Of a DNA stretch of 64,000 nt, positions 36,885 through 50,240 are shown piece by piece. Both the position numbers and the translations under genes were made by a program. The notes under the pieces are model-generated. The model did no database searches and had not been told where the DNA came from. It saw only the letters and a program-made list of their open reading frames with translations. The stretch is from Lama guanicoe (taxonomy: Eukaryota), in assembly GCA_013239625.1 (NCBI GenBank), contig MU053319.1, positions 1 through 64,000 on the forward strand. The letters are read 5' to 3'. Every line of letters begins with the position of its first letter. Position 1 is the stretch's first letter.

Positions 36885-37947
36885 ATTTCTTGTAGTTATT
36901 GGTGAGTTTTTTTTTTAATATCTCTAAGGTCTTGGAGGAAAGATAATTATCGCTATAATGAAGATAAGAATATTAGCATCAATGCTGGCTTTGTTATCCT
37001 TCTAACACCTATTCTAAGCTTTTGGAATGGAGTAGGATCTAAGAAATGCTTAATTGTGTCTGAATCCCTGAAGTATACTAGCATTTCGCATATTGAAAAC
37101 TTAGTTTGCATATCTGTCCTTCTAGTTGTAAATATTCAGCATCTTAAATTATTTCACTTAGAATATAATGTAAACCAAAAATTGACATCCTCCAGGAGCG
37201 CAAAGTTACCGTAGTAACTGAACTCAGGGGTAAACTTTGTGGACAATGAATCCTTTGTCCAATAGTCTATGGTAAACTTTACTTTTTCCCATCTTCCTAG
37301 ACCTGCAGTCTATGGAATACCTTTCTGGACCGTTAATATTGGGAAAGTTTCTCCAGCTTGTTAAAAGTAGTCCTTTGACCTTGTTTAAGGAAGCATGGCA
37401 CCTACTCTAAATATCTTGATATGAAGGGTAGAACTTGGCGGTTGATTAGCTTAGCTCAACGTAAAACATAGATTTATTTGGAGAAGCTTCAATAAGAAAA
37501 TTTGAAAAGAGCTTGCCATCATATTTTTTTTCCACTGGAACTGAGGAGACAAATGTAGCCCATGATGGTGATTTAATAAGGCAATCAGCAGTGTGTCACA
37601 CCTGACTGATGTGTCCTTTCGAGAGTCTGGCAGGCAACGTGACCACCAAATCTCAGACAAATTTTTCCCAAAGACCCTCTGACTAACCAGCCCCCAGAAA
37701 ATTCTTTCAGTCAATTGTCTTTTCTTTTGTCCTTGAAACACAGTGATTTTGTTGTTGTTGTTGTTCAGCCCCTCTGTTTTGAATTGAACAGCACGCAATG
37801 ACCTCAAGATGTTATTTATGATACAGAGCTACAGGTACCTGTCAAAATGTCAAATGTGGAGTCTGGTGGCAAACAGTGATTTCTCCGTGAAGAGCTAGGT
37901 AAGGAAATAATAAATGTAATTTTTGGAAAGTGCCCATCTTAATAGCT

Positions 37948-38015
37948 ACCAACCTATCCTAAACACCATGAAGTGTAACCAACCTATTCCTATATCCTAA
38001 ACACCATGAAGTGTA
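37948..38015 (+). repeat. 30-bp tandem duplication with an 8-bp insertion in copy 2
   Basis: ACCAACCTATCCTAAACACCATGAAGTGTA followed by ACCAACCTAT-TCCTATAT-CCTAAACACCATGAAGTGTA. Confidence 0.9.
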
Positions 38016-38339
38016 CGATTGTACTGTGTCAGCGTACAGTTACCCCCTCTCCTTAACCCTGACCTCCGTGGGTGTGGACTCGGCGCTGCACACACCAGGT
38101 ACACACATCAGCTGACTCTCACTGCAATTCAAAGGGGGAATCAGACGATGCAGTCTCAAAGTTAACATGTGGCTTTTCTCATCATCTGTGCATTTTGGAA
38201 TGTTTTTACTCAAAGTTTTACCAAGGTAAAGGACATATGTGATTCCTGCGCTGCCTCTGAGGGTCCTCCCACATGGGAGAGAGGTCATGTAGACGGTGGT
38301 GACTGACAAGGTGCAGAAATGACCTGTGGTTCCTCTAAA

Positions 38340-38497
38340 GTCTTGCTGCTCAGAGGCCAGTCCATGAATCAGCGATCTGGCCGTCACTTGGGAGCTTGTT
38401 ACAAATGCGACTCTCAGAACCCAAAACTACTGATTCAGAATCTCCTTTTAGTAAGATTGTCGAGTGAATTGTATGAGCATGAAAGCGGGAGACACTA
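38340..38497. mobile_element. MER5A-like MITE
   Basis: TCACTTGGGAGCTTGTTACAAATGC...CTACTGATTCAGAATCT. Confidence 0.7.
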
Positions 38498-38849
38498 ATT
38501 TAAAAAGTTCCTTTGAAGTGTTTGAATGTAGGAAACCGATGGCTGCTTGCCTTACCAGCCACATCGCTTGTGCCGATCCCTTAACCTTTCTAAGCCTCGG
38601 GTTTCATATCAGTTACTCTTGCAACATCGTCTGTGCTGACACCAGAATGGAGTTGTAAGATCAAATCATGACCCACAGGAAGGTGTCTGACCCCCGGAGA
38701 TAAGGTCATCAAGTATGGTCATCACTATTAATTTTTCTAATAGGGAGCTCTCTTTCCCTCAGTTGAGGAATATTGATTTTCCAATACCTTAAGTATTTCC
38801 AATACTTAAGTTAAACGTGGTTTTTCTATGACAGCATAGTAAAGCTTTT

Positions 38850-39225
38850 TGTCTAATGCTCTTCCGTATCTGCTCCATCTTTGCTGCCAGGCACATGGAA
38901 GGATTTTACATCACTGCCCCTGACGCCTTCCGTTGGGCAAAGTCACGTAACTAGTCTGGCCAGTGGCGCCGGGCTACAGTGTCACTTTCAGGTAAGAACA
39001 TTTATTTATCAATGTAAGACTGTGCAAACTTCTCTTCTCTCTTCAGTGTGATTCTTTTAGATGGTGGAGGTTCGATCAATCTGAGTCCCCGAGTGAGAAG
39101 GTTGTGGGAGGGGTCCCCTGTTGGCATTTGGTGAACATGCACCATGAGTGAGAAATAAACGTGTCTGGCTTTAAGCCCCTGAGATTTTGGAGTAGGTTGT
39201 TAATACACCATGAAGAGTTGATTTT
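38850..39225 (+). mobile_element. Old MaLR LTR (MLT1I/J-like)
   Basis: CATGAGTGAGAAATAAAC...TTTAAGCCCCTGAGATTTTGG 3' signature. Confidence 0.7.
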
Positions 39226-39910
39226 GACGAATCTACTCTGCAGTGCTCACCTTCAAGACTGCAGGCTGGTTTTAGACATCAGGATATCTTCACAAAATAA
39301 ATACTCTAGAAAAACAAAAAAGATGTTGTGAAAAAGTTTACAAATAATCAGTCTGATTTATTTGAACAACCACTTACTCTCTGATTCAGCCTTGCCACTT
39401 CAATCTACCCTATAGAGCTGACCCAAATCTATCTTCCTTACAGACTCCTGAATCTGAGATTTCTCTAGTTCCTCTTTCTGACTGCATAGTCTAGCTCAGA
39501 ATTGCAGACACAGCTCATGAGTTCTTCCATATTTCAAGGAAAACATTGATAATTGATGGCAGTAAGTTTCCTTGAAGAAACAAGACACATGCTCTTACAG
39601 GCATTTTTAACTCAGAAATTTTACAAGCCTCTAAATAACCCATCAGAGTAAGCCAGAAAGATGTAATAAATTTGCAATCATTGGTCCAAATTCTTCAGCT
39701 TACTGTCCTAAATAAACACTCCCTAAAATCTGGTCTCACTCGTTTAATTTTAATTTGTTTCCTACAAGTCCTCAAAAAAAAAAAAAAACAAATGTTTTCT
39801 CAAACCAGAGCACCTTCCATACTATTCTCCAGCAAGTAAAATCCAATAACATGAGGTCTGATTGAGAATGTTTGTCAAGAGTTTACTAAGTAGATTACAG
39901 TGCAGTGCAG

Positions 39911-40473
39911 NNNNNNNNNNNNNNNNNNNNNNNNNNNNNNNNNNNNNNNNNNNNNNNNNNNNNNNNNNNNNNNNNNNNNNNNNNNNNNNNNNNNNNNNNN
40001 NNNNNNNNNNNNNNNNNNNNNNNNNNNNNNNNNNNNNNNNNNNNNNNNNNNNNNNNNNNNNNNNNNNNNNNNNNNNNNNNNNNNNNNNNNNNNNNNNNNN
40101 NNNNNNNNNNNNNNNNNNNNNNNNNNNNNNNNNNNNNNNNNNNNNNNNNNNNNNNNNNNNNNNNNNNNNNNNNNNNNNNNNNNNNNNNNNNNNNNNNNNN
40201 NNNNNNNNNNNNNNNNNNNNNNNNNNNNNNNNNNNNNNNNNNNNNNNNNNNNNNNNNNNNNNNNNNNNNNNNNNNNNNNNNNNNNNNNNNNNNNNNNNNN
40301 NNNNNNNNNNNNNNNNNNNNNNNNNNNNNNNNNNNNNNNNNNNNNNNNNNNNNNNNNNNNNNNNNNNNNNNNNNNNNNNNNNNNNNNNNNNNNNNNNNNN
40401 NNNNNNNNNNNNNNNNNNNNNNNNNNNNNNNNNNNNNNNNNNNNNNNNNNNNNNNNNNNNNNNNNNNNNNNNN
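39911..40473. other. Assembly gap (N run)
   Basis: Run of N. Confidence 1.
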
Positions 40474-42349
40474 AAAGAATCCTTTTCTCATGGAAGCAGT
40501 AACTTGCTATCCATCTTTGTTATTTGTGATTTTTATGTATTGATTTTTCTCAACAGCCAATCTTCAGGAAAACTGGAGTTCTCATTTTTCTCAGTTGGCT
40601 CTAATTATTAAATCTTACAAAAATATTTCTAAGTAGTTCATCAATTATTCAATATTTAGTTCCAATTAGTAAAAAAGTTTTCCACGGTCCAATTTTCAAT
40701 ATTTATACATACAAAATATATTTATACAATTTTCAATATTTTCAACATTTATACATTTAGTTGAGAATCTAATGATGGCACTGAAGGAGTTTGAAAGTGA
40801 CACTGAGATTAGAACTAAGGAATTCTGAAGGCATTTGGGGTATATTTTATGTTTGTGAGCAGAAAGAATGTTTATTAACATAATTTTACTTGGTATATTT
40901 CGTGATATGCCACGATAAATTCAGAAAGTAACTAGTGTATTGAGAAAACATTACTTTGGTTATTAAAGGCTACAATTTACATCTACCAGTTGATACAACT
41001 TTGAGTTTTTCCTGTAATTTTTTTGGAGGTGTCAGTTACTCATCTCTAGAACTGCCCTGACAAGAGCATGAAATTTTATACAATGAGATCAGTTACATGA
41101 AAGCCCTTAGACACTAAATTGTTATTAAAAAAAAGTTTTGCTCTTATTGTGAATGCTGATTTTCCTTTGAATATCTGTTGTTAACTCTACAGGGACTAAA
41201 AAATATGTGTAACCCAGAATAGTTGTCTTATTAATTAAAAAATGACTAGATTAAGGCCTGTTCACTACTTGCCCATTTTGCCTTTATGAACACAGTATGC
41301 CATGCATATCCTTTGTCTGTCTCTGCACTTGACTGCAGTCTGTAAGATCTGGTAAGACCCAAGGAGGAAATAGAAAATGTGTGTGCATGTGTGTGTAAGA
41401 TTAGGGATAAAAGGTGATAAGATTACTAACTTTTGACAACCTCAATATAAATCTTTTGAATGTTACCTAGTGAATATTTATTCAAAGGGAGCTTATTATT
41501 ACAACTGAATGTATAAAATATAATTATTCATTATATTTTTCTATGATAAATTGTTAGTAAACTGTTGTGAAGTAGCCGAATACAATGAACTTTATAACGT
41601 TATGAGTATTCCTTTGATTTTTTTTTAGTATGTGACAATTTTAAGGACTGTAATATTTTGGTGAGAAATGACTATATGCTTTACTATTAGGGTAGCAGTA
41701 TTTTGAAGTCTCATAATTAGATTCAATTGACTCTTCAGCATCCAAACCATGGGATAAGGTCCAAAACAGAGAAGTATTGTCACTAATTTCATTCACAGAA
41801 GCAACTTGAATAGTTTTATTTTCTTTGCGTCCATAGTAAACAAGCTTCTAACCTCAGAGCTATTTCAGAAAGTAATTACTTAAAATGCATTCCATTAATA
41901 TGGATTTCATTACTGAGAGTATATGAGAATGACTAGATAAGAGACGGATTTTTTTCAGGTAATTCATAGTTATAATTAACAATATGCAAAATTAGGGTCA
42001 CCTAATTTTGAAAAAATGACCGTTTCCTAGCAAAATTATTCTGCTTTATAAAATGTACTCAGTGTGATTCCCAAACCAAACCACACCCTCTTTGTAATAG
42101 CATTTAAATTTTTAATTACAAAGTTAATTTTCCAGACTAGCAGGCTGAAATCAGATACTACAATATTTATGTTGCCTTTTTCCCCTGGGTTAGTTATCTA
42201 AATAACTCACCTGTTTGCCATCTTTAGAGACAGGTAGTCTGACGGCAAAGCAGAGCCAGAAGGTGATCTCTAAAGGTCCTCTTCTGAAATGGCTTGCTGT
42301 ATGTTCTCAGCTTGTGTCATTGTTTTTGAATAATTTAAATCATACTTTA

Positions 42350-44400
42350 GTATTTAAAAGTTATTTAAAATCGTTCATTGAATTATAACAAAGTTACAGA
42401 AGAGTAAATGAACCATAAGTGAGCAGTTCAATCAGTTGCCACAAAGTCAAGTCCCCAGCGTAGCAAACTCACAAGTCAAGGATAGGACGCCGCGTGCCAC
42501 TGTGCGGGTTGGTGCTCTCTCCCAATTCAAACTTAACTCATCTCCAAACTTCTCATATCTTAGACTGGTTTTACTGTTTTGTTTTTTTTTTCAGCTTTTT
42601 AATACTTACACAAAAAGTGTGCTTTTTTAAAAGGCTTCTTTCGCTCATTATTTTCGTGAGATTACTCTGTGATTTACACGTAGCAATTCATTCTTTCTCA
42701 TTGTTTTGAGTCATCATGAAGAGTCTCTGCTTTATCCATCCATCTGATTTTTTGATCCACTTGCTAATCTTTTTATGTGTTTTAATCTTGTATTGGAATT
42801 CTATTTCATGTCCTCTGGTTGTGTGTACCTAGGAGTTGAATTGCACAAATATATTAAATCATATGAGATGCTGACAAGCAGCTTCCCAAAGGGATGGAAC
42901 ATAATTTACACTCCCAAGAGCGTCTAGTAATTCCTCCATTACTACAATATTGCCAATACGTGGTCTTAACAGTACCATCTTTTTCGTCTTACCTTTAGTG
43001 GATGGTGTATGATGGTGGCTTGCAATGGGTTTTGTTGGTGTTTCACAAATGACTAATGAAGCTGACAGTCTTTTCACACTCTTATTGGCTTTCTAGAATC
43101 TTCACCTATGAAGTTGCCTGTTTAAAATTCTTGCCCATTTTGGTATTAAATTGTCTCTATTTTTCTAGTTACTTGAAAAAATTCTTAATATATTCTAAAT
43201 GTGTTTAATTTCAGGTCAAAGTGTTCTCAGCATCTTCTGTAACTCTGTGCCTTGATTTTTCACTTTCTTCATGGTGTCTGTAGTGAAATGAAGTTCTTAA
43301 CTTTAAAATAGTTCAACACAACAATCTTTTCCTCAAGCTTTAGTTGTGCTTTTCATATTTTGCTTATGAAATATTTCCCCATCCCAAGGTAATGCAAGAA
43401 TTCATCTGTATTATCTAGACGTTTCATCCATGTGAAATTGATGGTTTTAAGGTGGGGTCAGATTTATTTCCATATGTACGTCCAATTTACCTAGCACAAG
43501 TTTTTGAAATTGTCATCTTTCTTAACTCCTCTGCCCTGACGTCCTTGTCATAAATCAGGTGTCCATATCATCTGTGGGTCAGTTTATGAACTTCATTCTG
43601 TCACATATGAGTCCATTTTCATGACAAACATGGACCTGTATTTCTTTTTTTGTAATATATTTGTTAGGGTTTGTTATCGAGATTTCTGCTGGATCATAAA
43701 GTGAGTTGAGAAGTGTTCACTCTTTTTCTAATAATATCCAGAAAAGTGTGGGTGTGTGTCTTATTTTTCCTACATTGTTTGCAAGAATTCAGCAATGAAG
43801 ACAACTAGAACAAGAGTGTTCTTCATAGAAAAGCTTTAAATTATAGATTCAATTATTTTTACTAAATATAGAAAACTATTTATATGTTCCACTTTTCTTC
43901 TTCAATTGTATTTTTCTAGGATATTTTCCTCTAGGATATTTTTATTTCCTTTACTATTTCTTATTTATTGCTATAAAATTATTCACTGGTATTAAAAAGT
44001 CTGTCAAAATTTATGAACCATGTAATGTCTATAGGGTCTGCAGTAATATCTCCTTTTCAGTCCTGATATTAATTAATTATGTCTTCCCTCCAATTTTTTT
44101 CTCACCAAATCGATCAAAGTCTATCAATTTTATTGGTCCTTTCAAAAAATGTTTTTCTTTCAATTGATTTATCACGTTTGATCAATTTAATTACTTTTAT
44201 CTATTATTTTTACCACTCCCTTTCTTTTCTTCTAATTATGCCTCTGAATGCAGTTAATTTTCCTCTAAGCTTTGATTTTGCTTCATCCTACCAGTTTTGA
44301 TATGCTGTTTGCATATTATTATGGTGTTGAAAGTATTTTTTGATTTCCACAGTGATTTCTTTTTGAACCACTGGGTTTTCAGAAGTCTGTTGCTTTCTAG
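42350..44400 (-). mobile_element. Old fragmented L1 (L1ME-like)
   Basis: T-rich antisense L1 motifs, e.g. TGACTAATGAAGCTGA...CTTTTCAC, TTCTTGCCCATTTT, CATAAAGTGAGTTGAGAAGTGTTCACTCT, TTTTATTGGTCCTTTCAAAAAA. Confidence 0.7.
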
Positions 44401-44401
44401 T

Positions 44402-44620
44402 TACAACCTATCTCCATTATTTATGGATTCTGTATTTGAGAATTTGCATACTCACTAAAATGTATTCATAACCCCAAACTCAATACTCTGATTACTTTAC
44501 TGGTCATCAGCGGACTTGCACAGAGTGCTGAGAAATTTGAGTCATGATGCCTATGCTCCCAGCCAAGGTAGAACAAGGGCGCATGCTGCCCTCTTGTTTC
44601 AGGTCTTATATGGAAATGAC
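44402..44620. mobile_element. Tigger-family DNA transposon fragment (MER2B-like)
   Basis: CATTATTTATGGATTCTGTATTTGAGAATTTGCATACTCACTAAAATGTATT..TAACCCCAAACTCAATACTC...GAAATTTGAGTC. Confidence 0.65.
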
Positions 44621-45881
44621 CAGAGGACAGATCGGGGAGGAAGTGAGGAAGCCCTGGTTCGGGGCTGTTGGACCACGTTTGAATCCCACCTCTGACACCT
44701 GTTAGTGGGAAAGCCCCTGGCAAGTCACTTAACATCTGAACAACCCTTGCAAAATAAAGAAAAAAGAATCTACCAGGATAAGTATTTTTGGTATTTAAGA
44801 GTATAATTGATGTGAGGGATGGATAAATATGAATATATTCCCTAGAAGCGATAGTTCAGTATTTATTTATCCAGCGTTCATTTTAAAGAACATGACTCTT
44901 GAAAATAAGGAGAATTGATCTGTTTCTTTTTCTTAAAGAAATTTCTAGCTTCATTGATTTGTCTCCCAGATTCTTTTAATTTTGTTGTCATTTTATGGCC
45001 CCTATGTTTCAATCTTGGTGAATGTCCCAAGCACACAGTTGGGTCGGTGATGTGTTATGGGCTGAATTATGTTCCCTCACATCTTCGCCCCTTCATGGCT
45101 ACATGGTACCTCCTCTCTGGTACTTTACTAGGTGTTCTCAGTAGTGGAGCAACTGCTCAGCTGTTCAGCTGTTGGTCTTTAACTAGCCCACTGTTGCTGG
45201 AAGATGAATTCAAGTTAAATTTTTCTTATAATGTCATCTAATCTGTCTATACTGTTATAGTTCTACATAATTTGGCAAAACAGAACAAGAGAATTGTATT
45301 TACTCCCTCTGCATACGCCTGAATGTAAATTTACACCGTGAAACTGACTGCTGGGCTATTATTAACTCCAGAACGCTGGGAGAGCTTTTTTTCTTTTTCT
45401 TTGGATCAGCTAACAGTCAGGGTTGACAAGGTGGGCTGCACCATGGAAATAAACCCCAAATGTAGTGACTTCAAATGAACAATTTTTTTTGCCTTCTCAA
45501 TTATTCACACTTCATGGGTTTCTAGTTAGTGGGGAACTCTGCTGCTGCTTGATTTCATCAAAGATCCAGACAGATCTGGAACATTTCTAATCACAGGGAA
45601 GAACTGAAAAAGACCCGACAGGTGACGTTCTGGATGTAGCACGCTTTCTGGATGTAGCTTGCATGCTGCTGACCAAGTGGCTTAGTTGGGCCTTACTTGA
45701 AGGAGGCAGGGACAGTAAACTCATTATGTGATGAAGAGAGGAAGCAGAGCACCTGTGAACAGCACTAATGGCTGGTAAACCAGTTTTCTCAGTGACCAAT
45801 GGCCACCATTTCCTAGGAACTGAAAGACAAAGGGTGGAGAATCTGTTACGTCCTTAATTGTTTTCATAGTCTCTGATGGAG

Positions 45882-46250
45882 TTGTATTCTTTTTTTTTTA
45901 TTGCTGACATAACAAAGTCCCACCAACTTGATGGCTGAAGACAACGCAGATTGGCTATTTTCCAGTTCTCTAGGGGAAAATTCACAAGTTTCACCAAGCT
46001 AAAATCAAGGTGTCAGCAGGCTGTGTTTCTCTCTGGGAGAACTAAGGGGGAACCCATGTCTTGCTCACTTGAGTTGTTGGCAGAAGTTAAGTTCTCTGTG
46101 GTTGTAACGCTGAAGCCTCTGGTTTTGCACTGGCTAAAAACTGAGGGCCACTGTCAGCTGCTAAAGGCTGTCACAGTCCTCGGTTCATGGCCCTTTCTTC
46201 ATCTCCAAGGCCCGCAAAGGGAAATGGTAGTAGAGATCCCTCGTCTCTCT
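45882..46250 (-). mobile_element. MaLR MLT1-type LTR fragment
   Basis: ATTGCTGACATAACAAAGTCCCACCAACTTGATGGCT...CAGTTCT...AAAATCAAGGTGTCAGCAGG. Confidence 0.75.
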
Positions 46251-46679
46251 CCCCGTCTCTCATTCTCGTGTTATATATATATACACACATACATATAATT
46301 TATACGTACACTTTAATGTACAAATACTGAAATAGAATTTTTTTTTCAAAATGCTATTTGTGCTTGATTAATCTCAGTTAGCTGAGTGAGGGCTATCTTG
46401 TCCTATGTACGGAGAAATACAACCACAGTCAAGCACTTCATTCTTTTCCTTTGATACTGATGAATCCTGATCCTTTAAAAATAAACTTAACATTTTATAA
46501 AGCATGAAATAGAATAGTCTACGTTAGTAAATGAAAGAAAGGGTTTCAATAATGTGCTTTTCCCCCCATGATTCAAGGAGTCTGGCTGAATAATCAACTC
46601 AAATATTGAGAAATGGCTTCTATGTAGGGTGGAAATTGTGGCTAGAGTTCTAAGGCATCATGTGGCTTCCAAACAGGTC

Positions 46680-46850
46680 TCACCTATATTATTCCATCAC
46701 ATTTTCACAACTGCTCTGTGATGCAGGCAGGGCAGGAATAATTAACCCAGTTTTGCAAGTGAGGAAGTTGAGACTTGGAAGTGGACACACCCACGGTTTT
46801 AGAGCTAGCTGTGGCAAAGTAAGAAATCCCTTAATTCAGGTCTCTGTTGT
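46680..46850 (-). mobile_element. MIR
   Basis: TCACAACTGCTCTGTGATGCAGG...ATTAACCCAGTTTTGCAAGTGAGGAAGTTGAGACT. Confidence 0.7.
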
Positions 46851-47890
46851 TTTGCTTAAATCTTTTTAGAAGACATTTTCCTGGACATTAAAGGATAACA
46901 AATAGGCTGATATTTTCACTCCAAATTCTGTGGCCTTTGTTTCAGAGAATTGTCAGCTGTACAGAAATAGCAGAAGATAGTTCCTCACCTCACATGAAGG
47001 GTTAGGGTTAGGGTTAAGATGATGCGCTGGCTGATTGGCACATGGTCAGTTCCAATGCAGAAGATCTCAGAACCCACTGTGGAAAGAAAGCTGTGTTCTG
47101 CTTTGCCACTTACTAGCTGTACAGTTGCGGGCAAAATATCACCACTCTGAAAAATACACGTTATTGATATCTTACCTGATTTATTGTTTCTCTACTATCA
47201 AAATGTCTATGTGGAAGTGAGTTTCTATAAGCTGAGATAAGATGTAGCGAGAAGCCCTTGCACATGGCGTTGCTGAAGCTGTTCGGCATTCTCTTTCTAT
47301 TAAAACAATTAAATCCTTCATCTGAAGATAAATCATTTCGTGGGCTGTATGATATCACCCTGGTGGATAATCCGCCAATGTTCTGCTAGTTCCGGACCTT
47401 TCACACGTCTTCCTCTGATAGGAGGGAACTGTGGGTTATGATGAGACAGTACCTTCCATGGGTCATTGGTACACGGCGCCATCTCTGAAAGCTTTGTCAC
47501 CAGGAAGACGACAAATGCCTGCCCTCCCTCCGTGAGTGCGATGGATCCGTGTAAACCCAGCCACGCCGCTCCTCACGGCGTGTGTGCATCAGACTCCTCG
47601 CACTTAGTTTAGGCTTTTAGCATTCATTACCTACCTTTAGTCTAACCCCTGTTTTGTGGGTTTTGAAGCTTCATCTCACGTGTCATCCATCAGACACCAT
47701 GAAATCACCATCAGGTATACTGTGTTGGAACTCCAGAAGTAGGTAACCGTTTTCTTCTTCTCATTTTAATTCATCTCATTTTATTTCATTTCAGAGTAAC
47801 AGTAAAATTTAGAACTCATTCTCATCGAGATCAAGTCACTGCTTGAAACTAGTATATTCATGTCCAACTATCATTTTTAAAAAGTTATCC

Positions 47891-48044
47891 GTGACTGGGA
47901 CATTGTGCTGTGCACCAGAAATTGACATGTAACTGACTGTACTTCAGTTCAAAAAACCTGAATAAAAAACACAAATGTACTTGGATAAATAAATAAATAA
48001 ACAAATATTTCTTGGGTCTAATAAAATACATCAATTTATTTTTT
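47891..48044 (+). mobile_element. Extremely truncated camelid-type L1 3' end with long tail or transduction
   Basis: GTGACTGGGACATTGTGCTGTGCACCAGAAATTGAC. TSD-like AAAAAGTTATCC (47879-47890) / AAAAAATCATCC (48045-48056), preceded by a TTTTT/AAAAA endonuclease site. Confidence 0.8.
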
Positions 48045-48299
48045 AAAAAATCATCCTTTAAGATGAAATTTTGTCTCTTCTCCCTGAATTTTCCCAATTT
48101 CTGTTCTCTCCTTTTCTAAGAATTCTATTTCCCTTCTTGTTTTAAAGCAAAGAATTCTGAGATATTTAACAGATAGTTCAAGTACCATAAGAATCCACAA
48201 AATTGTGCTGATAATACCAAATGACATTAGAGCATCTAATGTAATATTAATTATTATTTAAATATTATTTTAAATATTTATATTATTTAAATATATGCA

Positions 48300-50240
48300 A
48301 ATACATGTGCTGAGTGTTTGCTTAGACATGAAGTCTCCTCTCAAGGAAATCACTTTTTAAATGTAAGAAACATATGTGTAAAATCAAATTCTAGTAAAGC
48401 ATGATGAGTATCAATAAGGATTCGTAGAAAACACTCTGAAAGCGCAGAGCAGGTGTAATTAACCCGTGCTAGTAAATAAGAAAATGATTCACGGAGGAGG
48501 CAATATTTAGGTTGATCCTCAAAGGATTATTTTAGTGAGATGCAGACCTGAGTAAAGAGTAGGGTGAAAACATGTTGCAGGCAAAAATAATTGTGTGATT
48601 TATTGTTATCTATCACTGCATCACAGAGCACTACCTATGAGGTGGTTTGAAATAGCACACATTTGTTACCTTACAGCATCCCCGTGGCAGGAGTCTGGGC
48701 ATGCCTAGCTGAGTCCGTCTACCCAGGGTCTCATGTGGCTGCAGTCAAAGGGTTATCCTGGTCTGCATTCTCATCTGGAGGCTCGACTGGGGAAGAACTA
48801 GTTTCCAAGCTCATTCAGTTTGTTGGCAGAATTAATATTCTCATGGCTGGTTGGCTGATGTCCTGACTTGTCACTGGATGGAGCCAGGGGTCTGGAAGCT
48901 TCCCTAAGCTCCCTTCTCCAAGGCTCTCTCCATCGGCATTTCAAATGTGGATGTTCGCCTCTACAAAGCCATAAAGGTAGCCACTCACTTTTAAGGGCTT
49001 TCAGCTGATTAAGCCAGGCCCACCTGAGACAGTCTCCCTTTTTATTAACTCAGAATCAACTTATATGAGACTTTAACTACATCTGCAAAATCCCTTAACC
49101 TTTACTATATAATGTAACTTGATCACAGGAGTGATAGCCCCACTTTTGCCATATTTTATTGATTAGAATCAAATGACAGTTTCCAACCACCAACCAGGGA
49201 CAGGAGTTATACGAAGGCATGCCCACCAGAGTTTGGGAATTATTGGCAGTACCCTGGGGTCTGACTGCCATAATGAGCAAAGATCAGTGCTCAGAAATGA
49301 TATAATATTGCACGCCTGCAATTACTATGTGCAGTAGAGAGAGAATGTAAGAGGTGGAGGAGGGTGAAGATCAGAACCTATGAGCTTTGAGTGTCTTGTG
49401 AAAGAGTTTGGATTTGGTGCTTTGTGGGATAAGAAACCATTGCAGAATATTCACAGAGTAGAGCTTGGGTACAACCAGTCTGGAAGCACTGAGCAAGGCG
49501 GAGGACAGACCGATTTGGAAGGAGGGAGACCACTTAGAACATCCTCACAATTAACCAGGTAAAGGAGGATATACAGAAAAAGAGAAACCAGATATACAAA
49601 TCTATTTAAGAAAAATGATTACCAGGGGCTTTGAAGATGGGAAAGAGGGAAGGGTACGAGGTGACTGATTTTTGTCTGAGCTGGTTATAATCTCTGGTAC
49701 AGGGGCCTCCCAACCTGAGTTTGAACATTGACAAATGGTCCTATCATTGTGTCAAAAAGTACTTTATACAAAGCACTCTCTTGGGTATTTCACGTAAATT
49801 CAAATATTTACTAGATGCATCATCCAACTCAAGGAATGTATCAGACACATAATGTAAAAGACTAGATGTATAAGGCCGTGTGCAGTATCGTATCTGATGG
49901 ACTCTAATGGCAAGATGTCTAGAGAAGTTTATGCTAGCTGTAATATGGTTTTAAAAGGATAGTAAGTAAAGGCTAGATTCAGATATGAAAATTGGGGTAA
50001 TATGGGGATTTCTGAGTGAAGGTTAAAGAACTTGCACTTTGTTTTATAGGCAATGGAGAAATCGATGGTTTTGAAACTCAAGGGAGACACTACTGAAACA
50101 GTGCTTTCTGAACATTAATTTACAAATTGATGAGCAAGTTTTAGATTTGATGGACAAAGTCTGGAGACAGGAGACTATTTTAAAGAAAATATTATAATCT
50201 AGGGTTGAAGACATATGGATTTGGGCCAGTGGGATTGGAA
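48300..50240 (-). mobile_element. Diverged L2 fragments, interrupted by the MLT at 48592-49272
   Basis: L2 motifs such as AAGAGTTTGGATTT...GATAAGAAACCATTGCAG, AAAGAACTTGCACTTTGTTTTATAGGCAATGGAGAAATC and CTGGAGACAGGAGACTATTT. Confidence 0.55.
48592..49272 (-). mobile_element. MaLR LTR (MLT1E/F-like)
   Basis: TCTCATCTGGAGGCTCGACTGGGGAAGAA...TTCCAAGCTCATTCAGTTTGTTGGCAGAATT; terminal GGGGTCTGACTGCCATA. Confidence 0.75.

Noticed and set aside
39862..40611. Long ORFs of 198-249 aa
   Set aside because: Almost entirely N gap.
38776..45660. Tiny tandem duplications (~38776-38811, ~43916-43942, ~45628-45658)
   Set aside because: Ordinary 15-18-bp slippage duplications with no further structure.
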